The notes: a model not told the origin generated them from the letters alone. Numbered from the stretch's first letter, positions 22,168 to 34,676 are shown. The stretch: DNA of 64,000 nt from Calditrichia bacterium (GCA_963796965.1 CAWCNS010000011.1:1-64000); one strand, 5' to 3'. Made by a program: numbers and translations.

Positions 22168-23448
22168 TTACCGCAGGGCATATGCCTGATCAGGACCGCC
22201 CTCCTTTTCAATCGCAATCTTTGTGTCATTTTTAAGAATCTGGCTGATTGCTCTATAATTGCCAGTGACGATTTCATCGCCTTCACTAATGCCATCAACT
22301 ATCTCAATATGTGTCTCGCTCTGTATACCTGTCGTGACCTGTATGGCCTTAACAACATCACCGTTAACGATAAAAACTACCTGGACAAAGCCATCTTTAT
22401 CAGGCTCATAGGCAGGTTGTGCTGCTGTAGAATCTTCCTCTGCATCCTCTTCTGGCGAACCACCTAATTGCATTGGTGTTCTAAAAGCAACACATTGGAT
22501 AGGAACAACAAGTGAATTATCCCGGACCTCCGTAACAATATCGGAACTGGCTGTCATACCTGGTCTTAACTTAGTTCCAGGATTAATAATCTGTATTTTT
22601 ACTTCAAATTCTGTCTTTTGATCCGCAGAACCAACCGCATTTATTTTCGCACTGCTGGCGATTTCACTCACAATCCCTTGAAAAACAGTACCAGGCAAAG
22701 CATCGATTTCAACACTGGCACTGTCACCGAGCTGTAATGCGACGATATCATTCTCATCAACATCTACTAATGCTTCCATTCCTGTCAGATTGGAAACAAC
22801 CATTATGACATCTTCCTGAAACTGTGAACCCAAGGCGATCTCTCCGACTTCCTTATTTAACTGGCTGATTGTACCCGCCATGGGTGAATGAATAGTCGTT
22901 TTAGAAAGTTCATCCCTTGTTTGCTTCAATGTTGCTTTTGTCTGATCCACCTGCTCCAGAGATGCCTGATATCTGGCTTTTTCAACCTGAAAAGCAGCAT
23001 GGGCCTGATCCATTACGGCCTGAGACTCTAATTTTTTTTCAAATAATTCTTCCGTACGTGTAAAATCTTTTTGCGCTTTGATCACATTTTGTTTAACCAA
23101 ATTTGCATTTGCTTCAGCGGCACGCAAACTGGCTTCAGCTCCTTCTACAGCGGCAGCGAATTTTTCTCGGTCCAATTGTACTAAGAATTGTCCCTCCTCC
23201 ACCCAGTCACCCTCTTTAACTTCTAAATGGGTGATTTTTGCTGCCACATCAGCACTGATTTTCACCTGGGTTTCCGGTTGTATCTCTCCGGTTGCTGTCA
23301 CCGTTTCAACAATTTTATTCTTTTCGACTTTTGCTGTTTTAACACTTACAGCCTCTTCCCCATTGCCATTCATGGATACAACAACAATTGTAGCCACAGC
23401 AACGACAATAATACTCGCGATTATGATAATCCTCTTTTTGGTCATCAT
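22168..23448 (-). CDS. MacA-like periplasmic adaptor subunit
   Basis: VKEGDWVEEGQFL, IHSPMAGTI, VDENDI, LRPGMTA. Confidence 0.9.
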   Translation of the reverse strand: MMTKKRIIIIASIIVVAVATIVVVSMNGNGEEAVSVKTAKVEKNKIVETVTATGEIQPETQVKISADVAAKITHLEVKEGDWVEEGQFLVQLDREKFAAAVEGAEASLRAAEANANLVKQNVIKAQKDFTRTEELFEKKLESQAVMDQAHAAFQVEKARYQASLEQVDQTKATLKQTRDELSKTTIHSPMAGTISQLNKEVGEIALGSQFQEDVIMVVSNLTGMEALVDVDENDIVALQLGDSASVEIDALPGTVFQGIVSEIASSAKINAVGSADQKTEFEVKIQIINPGTKLRPGMTASSDIVTEVRDNSLVVPIQCVAFRTPMQLGGSPEEDAEEDSTAAQPAYEPDKDGFVQVVFIVNGDVVKAIQVTTGIQSETHIEIVDGISEGDEIVTGNYRAISQILKNDTKIAIEKEGGPDQAYALR

Positions 23449-23549
23449 ACTTTCTCCTATATAAAATTGGATAGTTGGTTAGATCTCACCTATTGCAATT
23501 ATTACTACGTCAAAAGATTCAAAAATGTTACCTATAATTTTAGATTTAT

Positions 23550-23779
23550 AATCATAAGTGTCCGGTTTAAAAGAATAATCAATGTTTTAATAATAATTCT
23601 CATTTAAAAACCCCTTCTCTTCTTCATGAGAAGGGGCTCCTCAAAGTCCCTCTCTTTGTAAGAGAGGGATTTAGGGTGAGTTCATTAAATCAAGTCTCCA
23701 TGCTGGGAAATTAAATAAATCATTGGATATCTCGTTGTTTATGAATACATATCTAAATTTAAACCGGACACTTATGATT
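23550..23779. mobile_element. MITE-like element with 22-bp perfect terminal inverted repeats
   Basis: AATCATAAGTGTCCGGTTTAAA (23550-23571) / TTTAAACCGGACACTTATGATT (23758-23779); internal hairpin pair at about 23609-23682. Confidence 0.65.
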
Positions 23780-24197
23780 TATGAGATAAAATTCATGAGG
23801 GAAAAGAGCAGGGATTGTACTAAAGGAGAAATCCTGAAGTCACAGAGGACTCAGAGGAATTATAACCTGTTTTAAAACAATCGTTTAACACAGGAATAAT
23901 TAATATCAATTCACAGGACCTAGAGCAATTAAGAATGAATAATCAGCCGGTAAACTAATCTGTACGCTCAGGCTGTTGTAGTAGAGTCAATTAGATATTG
24001 ACTGACACTGACTATTCTAACTGTTTATACATAAAGAGCGGACACGCGGGTCCGCCCCTACATTAAATGTTGAAAATCATAATAGACAATAAAGAAAATT
24101 CGATTGGCTGTTCCTGATTGATCAATTTTATGGACTAAAAGATTCTGCAAATAAACAGATTTCATATTATAACTAAAACACAAATGATATTTCCACC

Positions 24198-24892
24198 TTA
24201 ACTATCACTCGAATCGTTATCCGGACCAGTTTTACTGGCATACTTTCCAACAAGCATGGCAATGATAATGGCAATATAAAATTGGCCACTAATACTGATT
24301 ACTAACGAGAGCGATTTTGATATGGGAACCAGAGGAACAATATCACCATAACCGAGCGTGGTAAAGGTGACAAATGTATAATAGATATATTCATGAAGAT
24401 GGGCAGCTGCTGGTTCACTAAAATTGATTATTTCGGGGAATTTATAGGCATTATCTATATTCACCATCATGACAGGGCAACAATGATACTATAGGCAAGC
24501 CCAAGTAGAAGATAGCCATTGATAGATTCAATAATAACTTGTGAATCTACTTCTTTTGTTTTGGCAATCTGCATAATAAACCGGGCGACAATAAGCATAA
24601 AAAAAACAAAATTTGTGAATTCTGAAATAAACTCTAATACCGGCAAATTAAATTTAAAACTTATCCATTCTGTTATCAGGGCGAAACGGCAATCCATAAA
24701 AATGGGTCTTTTGTATTTTTCCATGGCCAGCACACCCATGAAAAAAATAAGTGTGAACATAAGGCTAAAAACGATCCTCCGAACCCCAACATTCGGCAAC
24801 AAGGGTACAATAAACAAGGTGAAAAGTAATACGATCAGGACCGAAGTATTGCCAATCTTCTCGGAAAGTTTATCTAATAATACGCCCTTCAT
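24198..24892 (-). CDS. Potassium channel family protein (Ion_trans_2), frameshifted near 24470
   Basis: TFTTLGYGDIVP selectivity filter; several TM helices. Confidence 0.85.
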
Positions 24893-25170
24893 CTTATGCT
24901 CACTCCTTTACAGTAGATTCAAAATGTATAGAATTAGAGAAAATATTTTATTCAATTCAGAATTTACTCAGGTGACGGAAATGAAAAATTTATATTAGCA
25001 GCCTTTGCTGAATCCAGGCTGGATGTATCGTCCTCAATTTTATCCTTATTTGTGAAACAATTCAATATTAAAAAAAATCCCCCAATAATAGTCAAACGAT
25101 ATCATGGGGGACTTTTCTAATAACTTATATAGTGGTTATTCTGATATGAACCGGTTCTTCAATCTTAACT

Positions 25171-26424
25171 TCAATTGTTTGATTGAGGAATTTCCTTTTC
25201 CTCTCTGGGAACGGTGGTTAAAAAACGACCATAATTCTTCAATTCTTCTAAGCGGCAGGACCAGACTAATTTATCTTCATGGACCGTAATATCGGGACAA
25301 CCGTCACACATGCTCTGCCGGCCATCCTGCATAAAATCAACCGGTTGAATAAACATGATACTCTGCATATAGAGCGGTTTAAAGATTCTGAAATGGATTT
25401 TTTAACAAATCGATAAGGTATCGACCGGTAATTCCACGCAATTTTTTATCAAAAGGCCATAAAAGGAAGGTGGCCGAACGGCCCGCTTTCAGGGTTTGCG
25501 GGGAAGCATAGGATAAATATTTATCTTTGGCAAAATGATAGGCACTCATCATCAATTCGAGAAATTTCTCACCCACATAGCCATATATTTTATTTTTCGT
25601 GCCAACCCTTTCGGATAACAGCCATTTATAGGCATCAGCCTCTTCCGTGCCATTCAGAAATGCGGCCGGTTCAAAATCAGGAAAATGTTCCCTGGCTATT
25701 TTAACCAGATCGGTTGATTTAATATCAACTTTACGTTCCTCATCTGAATGATACATAATTGTTTCCCAGGGCACTTTCTCAGCCACCGGCATACCAATCA
25801 TAGGGTAATTGGGGAATAATATGGCGGAAACAAATAAATACCATGGTATGTACAATATCGATATGTTTATGAGCCCAGGCAATCATTTCCGGTACATGAT
25901 GAATATTTTCTGCGTAGACAGTGGAGTTAAAAGAACAGGCAATGTTTTTATGCTCTGCCAGCATCTGGGCATAATGAAGACGTAGATCGTTTAATTCAAG
26001 TTCGTTTTTTCCGGCCCACTCACCCGGTCGTCCCTGGTTACTGTCAATATGAAAGGTAAATCCAAAAACGCCTGCCGTATGTAATCCTTTGAGAAGTTCC
26101 TTTGTTAGGGCCAATCCATTGGTGTTAATAATCGGTTTTAATCCTCTTTTTTTAATTTCAGCTACCAGGGGAACTATTTCCGGATAAAGTAACGGATCCC
26201 CACCGGCAATGGAAATACAATCTGATTTTCGTAATTTTTGAAAAACATCTAATTCGTGTAAAAACGTCTTCATAACTTTTATGTGAACTTTTTTCATTTT
26301 CCCTATAACAACCATCACAAGCCAGATTACATTCTGCTGTTGGTTCCAACCAGGAAATGCCGTTATCCGGCAATGTCCATGGCAACCGATACAGACCATG
26401 ATGGTCGACGACATTGTTACTCAT
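25171..26424 (-). CDS. Radical SAM protein, several frameshifts
   Basis: CNLACDGC motif, IAGGDPLLYP, INTNG; C-terminal CDGCPD...WSCRLEE. Confidence 0.85.
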
Positions 26425-27351
26425 TTTAATACTCCTTCTGTTTTTATTCCAACAGGATCAAAAAAATGATTTACTAATCCTACATAACTACATTGCTGTT
26501 CAATTATTCTTCCACCTATAAACTGCTTATATACTAAAAAGAGAAATAGAAGCGTATTTCTTAAGTCAATAATTATATTTTCTGATAAAAAACATGCAGA
26601 ATTGATAATATAAAAATACTCTGACTCTATTGAAACAAAAAATTCAATAAAATTGAGAAAAATTTCATTTAATATCCCATACGTATTTTCGGTAGTGTAA
26701 AAAATAACCACAGAGTACATTGAGTAAGTATCTAATATCTATTGACTTAAACGAGTTAATTGGGTTCTCCCCCTCCGTGTACTCTCAAATTTTAATATTA
26801 AAGCCTCATTTTAGTCGATCGTTTGATTCATTTACGACACTCTTAATAATTAAAGTCATTGGTAGTACTTCTTCTCACACACATTATATTCATATAAACA
26901 AGAAAATGGTAAGTAAAGCAAGGATTAGATTCTGGTGTTTTTCCATATCATAAATTACAATTCTTCCACTGCTAATTTTATATATAGATCCGATTAGAGT
27001 ACACGGAGTGTTTCTCTGAGGATTCTGCCTGTCCCTTAAAGACGGGCGGAGCCAGGCTGTTACGGGATGATTTTGTTTTTTTGTCCCTTTTTTCATTTTT
27101 TCATATCCCGATTCTATCGGGATGACACTTCCATATTTTCTAAATTTAAGATTCAATAATACTTATGACAAAATTGTGATGTTTGGAGAGGGCTGCCCTT
27201 TATTGGTTTGCCTTTTAAATCCTGGAGGATTTTATCCCGGCAAACCGGCAGGAAGCCGGTGGATCGTCGGGATTCGTTTTCCCCTTTACTTTTTCCTTTT
27301 CCCTTTTTACTTTTTACTTTTTACTTTTAAATTTATCCTTTTTACATCCTA

Positions 27352-28448
27352 TTAGAAAGCCTCCTCCAGGGCGAAATAAATTCCGCTGGTATCTTTTCCA
27401 AATCCAAAATCCAGCGAATATTTATTTTTTCTTTCTCATCAAAGACAAATCGTAATCCGGCCCCATAGGAATATTTGAGTGTGCGGGTATTAAACTCCTT
27501 AAAACTACCAGCCACATCGCCCAAACCAACAAATGCGGCAACACCCACCCGCCACCAGACAATTTTTCGATATTCGGCCTGGGCCATGAGATAGCGCTTA
27601 TCCCGGAATCGGCCGTAAAAATAGCCGCGCATTTTCTGATCCCCACCAAGCGCGGGAAAGCGGAAAAAGGGTGGATCACTGCCGGTGAATTCACCGTATG
27701 CCTGAAGGGCAAGAATATGTCCCGTTTTGGTTGAAAAATACTGTCGCAAATCTACAGTCGTTCGGTTGTATTCAAAATCACCTCCGAAATACCTGCCAAA
27801 AAATTGCGCACGGATTTTGTAAAAATGATTATTAGTTGGGAAAAATATATTATCCCGTTTATCAAAAATCATTAACAGGCCAAGACCGGCAACTGTACCT
27901 CCGGATGAACCGGTATATATATCATTGATCAGAAATTTATTTTGCTGTTTATCAGTCACATTATTCGGAGAATATTCATAAATAAGACCGGTATGAAATG
28001 AACTTGACACAAAAGTAAATCCACTGTATTCAATATAGGCACGCCAGGTTTTCATTGTATATTCGGGATTTTCAAATTCAGGTGTGCTCTGACCGACGCC
28101 ATAAAACTTTCCGATCTCTTTACTATAAATAAATTTCAGATCGATGATATCCTGGTCCATTCCCGGAAAATAAATGACCGGAGTTAATTTTATATAATAT
28201 TGATTATTTGTGGTATAATAACCGGATAGGAGTATTTTTGAAGGTCGAACAGGTTCTTTGGTCGTTGTTCTAAAATAGACTAATGCTCCGGCGCCAATGG
28301 CCAATTGCGTTTCCGGTGTATAAAATGCATAGGGATAGGCCATCCAGCCAATTTTACCGGCGATCACCGTATCGGTTTCCGTTTCTTTTTGGGCAAACAG
28401 AAGTGTTGGTAATAATAATAGGATTAATAAACCAGTCTTTTTTCTCAT
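27352..28448 (-). CDS. BamA/TamA (Omp85) family barrel protein without POTRA domains, frameshifted at 3' end
   Basis: YTPETQLAIG, LGGDQKMRGY loop motif, YGAGLRF; alternative frame ends GIYFALEEAF*. Confidence 0.8.
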
Positions 28449-28572
28449 ATTTCCTCCGAATTCCATTCACCACTACTTATTTCTCACAGAGGCCAGTGAT
28501 ACAAAGCACATGGCGCATAGAGCATAAGGAAGGTATCAAATCTCTAAGGCTATGCGCTCTGCATCCCAAAAA

Positions 28573-29250
28573 TTAGTACAAGGGCAATCCTGTCACAAAA
28601 TAATAAACGGCATCAACCAGCAAAGCGATTGCCAGTAAAAACAACATGAGTGGCATGAGTATACTACCAATTTTCTCCATCCATTCGTTTATCTTTTGTA
28701 GAATCGGATCACTCTGTTCACGGTATATGCGACGAATAATTATAATAACTGCAAAAGGAAGAATATAGAGCAGATTGTAAATAAAAAGAGCCGTTAATGA
28801 AGGGATCCAATCGAGATAGACTTTTAGAATCTGATCAAGAGCGGCAAAATAGGGAATGGCAAAAGGTAATCCGATAAGATTTATTGAAGCACCGATAAAA
28901 AATGCGCCAGAGGGCTTGAGTGAATCACTATCATCAAAGTCCTTTGCTTTACGTTTATTTTTCTCTGGCTGGCGGACCCTGATACCTAACCAAATCAACA
29001 GGATAGTTATGACCGTTTCAATATAAAAATCAATCTGGCGTGGATTTGCGAGAAAATCAATAATGGCACCCAAACCAAGAGCCAGAACAACACCCGAGAT
29101 GTAATAAACGACAAACCATCCTGCCAAAGCCATAATGGCATTCAGATAGGGACGCTTGCTACCAAGTGCAAAGATCACTGCCGCCAGAAGAACTGGATTA
29201 ATAACATCAGTTAGAAGTATTGGGATAAATATTATTATCAAACTAATCAT
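28573..29250 (-). CDS. GAP/Sap-family membrane protein
   Basis: DVINPV, LPFAIPYFAALDQI, YNLLYILP; about 6 TM helices. Confidence 0.7.
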   Translation of the reverse strand: MISLIIIFIPILLTDVINPVLLAAVIFALGSKRPYLNAIMALAGWFVVYYISGVVLALGLGAIIDFLANPRQIDFYIETVITILLIWLGIRVRQPEKNKRKAKDFDDSDSLKPSGAFFIGASINLIGLPFAIPYFAALDQILKVYLDWIPSLTALFIYNLLYILPFAVIIIIRRIYREQSDPILQKINEWMEKIGSILMPLMLFLLAIALLVDAVYYFVTGLPLY

Positions 29251-29411
29251 TTTTTGCCTGTTCTGTTTAATCTTGCTTAAGACATCTGACATTTTAACCA
29301 CAAAGATCACTAAAGAAGTCACAAAGATAACGATGAAATATTATTAAATAATCTTTGTGCACTTTGTGCCTTCTTAGTGTCCTTTGTATTTAATAAAAAC
29401 CGATTGATATT

Positions 29412-30635
29412 TCACATAGAGACATCCCATTGTAAACGGAACCTGAAGCCACCTCTTTTATCCGCGACATTCTTCTGAAAATCAAAATAGGACATTTCTG
29501 CATTCAATTTATTCCGGTGACTATTAAAATACCAATTTAAATCCAGTGAAATTTCATGATGCAAAACCTCTTCGACATCTTTATCCGGATCGTAGATACT
29601 ATGTCGGAGCGCAATTTCCAACGGCATGGGGATGGCAGCCCAGCAATAATGAAAGAAATAGCCCAATTGTATATAATTTCCTCTCAATATCGTAACGGTA
29701 TTATTTAATTATCATTGATTTCTTTCCAGTGTAACTCCTGCTGCCAGGAAAAACCACGAAATTTGAAAGCGGTTTCAAACAAGCCTTGATTAACACGATA
29801 CTGACTGGCCTCACCGACTTCAAATCCCGGTAATTCTCCCCCACCGCCTGGGAGAAACTTGTATAAGGGCTGCGGTTGGTAACAGCCGCAAGGGCCAGCA
29901 AACCGGTCCCCTTCTCATGATATTCAATGTCAGAACCAGAGAACTTTAAGGGGGAGCCTAAAAAATTCCACTGGGTACGAAGCATATACATTAGATTTGT
30001 ATCATCATTTTCTTTTGCTCCCCGACCGGTTCCCATAAAAACACTTGCCCAATAATTAAAATTGACAAGCCCGGATCCTTTCAGATGGCCATAAAACGAA
30101 ACCCTTGTTGGCGATCGACAGTAAAATAGCGATTGATTAATGATCGATCTGCCAATTGTTGTTTTCCTGATGAAATCACCCTTTCTCGGTTATACTGAAC
30201 CTTCCATTGCCCGACCTTTATTTTAAGGTACGGCAATTTTTCAATCATTATTCTAAAATCGAGCAAATTTCCTGCAGCTAGTTCATATTCCCAGTAATAC
30301 TTAAGCCAGGGTTTGAAAGCATTTCCACCAATTTTCAGCCGTGCGCGGTTGATCTTTAATATCTGCTGATCTTCCTTTCCAAAATCTTCAAAGGTTACCG
30401 GATCGGAGTCAAAAGGATAAGCATAACGGAATTGCAGCCGGGATTCTATATGTAATAAAAAATCACCATCTGTTGTACCAAATTCCCAGCCTTTATTGCC
30501 GTATGTAACCGATATTTTTTGTTGAGCGGATGCTAATGAATCTGTTCCGGAATCTGATGACAAATTAGGGCCGGCATGGACAGAGAAGACAAAAATATCA
30601 GGAATTAGAAATAGTATAATAATAATAATACGCAT
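29412..30635 (-). CDS. Phosphate-selective porin OprO/OprP family, several frameshifts
   Basis: RLQFRY, INRARLKIGG, VGQWKVQYNRERVISSG; C-terminal RFRLQWDVSM. Confidence 0.8.
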
Positions 30636-30642
30636 TGAGCAC

Positions 30643-31216
30643 CTAATCTACATTTAAAGAAAAACCATATGAAAGAACCCATATAAAAAATAGCAGCCAT
30701 GCCAGTAACGACAATATAACATGCCAGATTGGTTTTTCAATAATCGTTAATATAATCATGATCACCAGGAAAAGAAGCAACCATTCCAATACGGGATCAG
30801 TCTGTCCAAAAAAAACCGGATATAGTAATACCCCCCATACAACAGCTAATCCTTAGAGTAAGAAAAAATTTTGTACTGTTTTTAAAGTAAAATTGCTGTA
30901 AATCAATTTTTTTTGACTGTTGAATATCTGGTATAATGATAGTCACCGCGACAAAAAGCAACACAGGGCCGGCAAGTAAAAACAGATAATTAAAATAATT
31001 CCAGGATGTAATTTTCTGCAGATCCCACAATCCCCACCAGATGTGAAAATGCAGCAATAACATAAAGATAATCCACGAAACATGTAACCAGTAAATTTTA
31101 ACTTGCTGTGTTCCTACACGAATGATGATTGCTAATGCCATCAAGATATACACCACTCCCATACCCATAATAACACCAAACATCACCGATATAAATGGAA
31201 ATTCAGAAGAACTCAT
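30643..31216 (-). CDS. Hypothetical membrane protein, frameshifted
   Basis: Hydrophobic ORF 30797..31216 (YWLHVSW...WWGLW) continues in another frame to TAG at 30643. Confidence 0.65.
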
Positions 31217-31251
31217 ATTAAGACAACCCCTTTAAATAACCGTAATATTTG

Positions 31252-31797
31252 TCAGAAAGTAATCCCAATATTAAGACCAAAGACAAGTGCTGTCTCACTA
31301 CGAACCAAATCTATATCGACAGTTGGGGTAATGATCAGTTTTTTTGTATGATGACTATAGCCGATCCCAACCCGATAAAGAAATTCTGTCTCTGATTTGA
31401 CATGGGTGCAATTGCATTCCGGATCTATTTCTTCATGCTCGATTATTTCAATTCCCGGACCCGTACGGACTAAAAACTGATCATAAAAATGATAATATAC
31501 CAGTGCACCAAAGACCCATTCAGGATGTTTTGCAAAAATTATTTCAGCAAATGCCCCTGCGCCCCAATCCTCTGAAGAAGAAAATTTTCGTACATAATCA
31601 AGTCCAAGACTGAAATAGGTACCCTTTATTTCAGTCTTTGCTGTTCCACCGACAAAAACGGCCAGCTCATTCAGATCATGATGTACTTCTGCCTTTTGTA
31701 CCCTGTCCTGATTTTCTTCGGATTGATGATCCTGAGCAAAAAGTGGATTCGATATTACTAAAACAGCAAATAAAATTAAAGGTTTAATGCGTTTCAA
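31252..31797 (-). CDS. Hypothetical outer-membrane protein
   Basis: Signal peptide; strands FSLGLDY, YRVGIGY; C-terminal Phe. Confidence 0.65.
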   Translation of the reverse strand: MKRIKPLILFAVLVISNPLFAQDHQSEENQDRVQKAEVHHDLNELAVFVGGTAKTEIKGTYFSLGLDYVRKFSSSEDWGAGAFAEIIFAKHPEWVFGALVYYHFYDQFLVRTGPGIEIIEHEEIDPECNCTHVKSETEFLYRVGIGYSHHTKKLIITPTVDIDLVRSETALVFGLNIGITF

Positions 31798-31824
31798 TTC
31801 TTATTCTCCAGGATAGATGATTAA

Positions 31825-32140
31825 TTTCAAATCTCAGTATGCAAATTGCAAATTTCAAGTAAATTCCAAATCTCAGTTTCCAAATTGCAAATAAATCACA
31901 AAATACAAAATCCAAATGACAAATAAATTCCAATTAACAAATTCCAAATCACAAATAAATTCCAAATCTCATTTTACAAATTGCAAAATATATTCCAATT
32001 TCAAGATAACCACACAATTTTGAGATTTGTTAAATGTGATTTGTAATTTATTTGGAAATTGTTTTTTGTGATTTGTCATTTATTTGTTATTTGCTGTCTG
32101 TAATTTATTATTTATCTAGAAATTGTATTTTTTATTTTGT
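31825..32140. repeat. Inverted heptamer arrays with 32-bp higher-order period (gene-less)
   Basis: AAATnnC units with 11-mers at 31857/31889/31921/31953/31985; complementary array about 32020-32140. Confidence 0.9.
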
Positions 32141-32141
32141 A

Positions 32142-33058
32142 TTAATCCCCGCCCCAAAAATATTGATATGACATAGCAATCGCATCAAAATCGGGTCCTT
32201 TCTCAAATCTTCTACCACTGGTCAGACCTAATTTCAATACATGTTGTCTTGCGATTGGAAGACATAGATCAGTCCAAGGCGGAGTGTGGAAATATGTGTA
32301 TTTCTGTCAACATCATCGATCACGGATCGACCACCCATGCCATAGCCGGCTCCAATACCGATCCAACTTCCATTCGGGGGCAAGGAATAAATCAGGTGTA
32401 TTTTGAGGGTAAAAAGCGGTCGCTGCTCCAACCTACGTCCACCCCAAAAATTATTATTGGGTGTGAATATCCAAATACCACCATATCCCTCAAAAATCCA
32501 GTTATCGATGGTGTGCGCAACGCCTACTTGTGAGCGAAAGGTCCAGCGGTTGGAGCCGAGGTTGATTAATTTATCCGGAAAATTTTCACCAAAGGGCGTG
32601 ATGATTTGCAGGCTGGCACCGGCTACTGTTTTATTTGTTTTTGAGGCATCAAATGGGCCCGTATAAGAGGGTGCTCCGAAAAAATTGCAAGATAGACGAA
32701 TACGCGGATCACCAAATCCATCCCGTTTAACATCCGTCTGCTCCCCTTCATAAATACCATCCCAATTACCGGCCGCCCAGGGTACGATGACATCCAGTTT
32801 ACCGGACATACCAAAAAAGTCAATTGCCCGTACATAAGCCGCAAAAAAGGTATGTAAATCGGAATTCAGATCTTCAATCGGCAGGGCCGGATCAAGCAGA
32901 GTATTACCATTTGCATATCCGTATCCAAAGAGGACAAAATTCAGCCCAACCGGCGCATTAGTAAGACTGCGCGGCTCTAATTCCTGGGCATTAACAGACT
33001 GTAAAAAAATGACAAACAGGACCAGGACGATAAAGTATTTAATTTTTTTAATTTTCAA
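32142..33058 (-). CDS. Outer-membrane transporter (phenol MetA-pathway/QbdB-like family), frameshifted at 3' end
   Basis: QELEPRSLTNAPVG, GFGDPRIRLS, INLGSNRWTF. Confidence 0.75.
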
Positions 33059-33139
33059 TTAACCAACCTGCATAGTATCAAGGCGCATAATTGACTCATC
33101 TTTTAGAATTTAATATAACCTGATGTTTTTTACCTATTG

Positions 33140-33590
33140 CCGGCGGCCGTCCACTGCAGCATCTGCAGATCACCATCGGAATTACCAAAAGCAGTTATTA
33201 GTCTCTTACCAATAAACTGATGAATACCAACAGGTTTACCCTCTTTATCGTCAATAAAATTAATTTCGGGAAGTTATACTAAAACCGGCTGTCCGTCTAT
33301 AATTTCAAAATTTACTTTCCCTGAACTGCCAATAACCTGCTCAGGAGGAATGCCGGAAAGCGCTTGTGTGAGTGGACGCATAAATTCTATCCCACCGCCG
33401 GAAACGAGATAGGTTTTAAACCCTTAATCCGAAGGTAATCCAGCAATTCAAGCATTGGCTGGTAAACCAGCTCAGTGAACGGTCGATCAAACCGAGGGTG
33501 TTTGGCTTTTGCAACCCACTCTTTCACTATTGCCTCAAATTCTGTGGTTGTCATACCGCCGTGAGTTGCCATTACCAGTTCAAGCAAACC
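33140..33590 (-). pseudogene. Truncated paralog of the adjacent HAD hydrolase
   Basis: Covers only MATHGGMT...YQPMLELL...FGNSDGDLQMLQWTA; no N-terminus or C-terminus; DNA similar to 33793-34245. Confidence 0.75.
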
Positions 33591-33606
33591 AGTTTTAATT
33601 AGTCAT

Positions 33607-34618
33607 TTATTCAGACCAAGGATAAATTACTTTCCAATCATTTTTCATATCAACTACTGTCCAGCCTTTTTTATTCGCTTCGTCCAAGACCTTTATCTAA
33701 TCTTCCAATGTGGGATTCTCTATCATAGGCCCATTCTCTTTCAGCATCTGTATGATGAACATAAACCATCAGTCTTTTACCCTCACCCGCAGCGGTCCAT
33801 TGCAGCATTTGCAAATCACCATCTGAATTACCAAAGGCAGCGATGGGTCTTTTACCAATAAACTGATGAATACCAACCGGCTTACCTTCTTTATCGTCAA
33901 AAAAATTAATTTCGGGAAGTTTAACTAAAACCGGCTGTCCATCTCTCATCTCAAATTTCACTTTCCCTGAACTGCCGACAACCTGTTCAGCAGGGATACC
34001 GTAAACCTCTTCTGTCCAGGGACGCATAAAATCTATTCCACCACCTGAAACAATATAAGTTTTAAATCCATTTGCTCTTAACTAATCAAGCAATTCAAGC
34101 ATTGGCTGAAAAACCATTTCTTTATAGAGTTTATTTGTCTTCGGATGTTTTGCTGTGTTAATCCATTCTTCTACAATCTTTTCAAATTCTTCTGTAGTCA
34201 TTCCGGAATGGGTTGCCATAATTAGATCAAGTACGCCATGCATACCAAATGAAAGCACGGTTTTTATATCATCGTCTAAGACAGCTTTGAACAGTGGTTT
34301 GTTTCTCCATTCGGGGTGTTTTGGTGCCAAGGCTTTTACTCTATCAAGCGCAAACTGTAATTGAAAATAATAGGGCTGTTCAGACCAGAGAGTTCCATCA
34401 TTATCAAACACGGCAATACGATCATCAGCCGGAATGTAATTGGGATCATTTTCATTGGTTACTTCTTTTACAAAATTTATGACAGCGGTTTTTGCGGCAC
34501 CCTCATTCCAGGATTTTAAGTAACCAATATCGCTGCTCTTAGGTTGTTGTGAACTACATGATAAAAATAGTAATAAAAGTAAACAGTAAGTTATAAATAA
34601 TTTTTTTCTATGCATCAT
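33607..34618 (-). CDS. HAD-family hydrolase lipoprotein, frameshifted
   Basis: Lipobox FLSC; AVFDNDGTLWSEQP (motif I); GNSDGD (motif IV). Confidence 0.9.
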
Positions 34619-34676
34619 ATGACCTTATAATAATAGATGCCGCGTTTCCACGGCATCATACAAAATAACATATTAA

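Noticed and set aside
26421..27355. Short ORFs in the AT-rich gap
   Set aside because: No recognisable motifs; they overlap repeats, including a TTTTTAC tract near 27285-27330.
31825..32140. CRISPR-like 32-bp periodic array
   Set aside because: The period is made of contiguous degenerate heptamers with no unique spacers.
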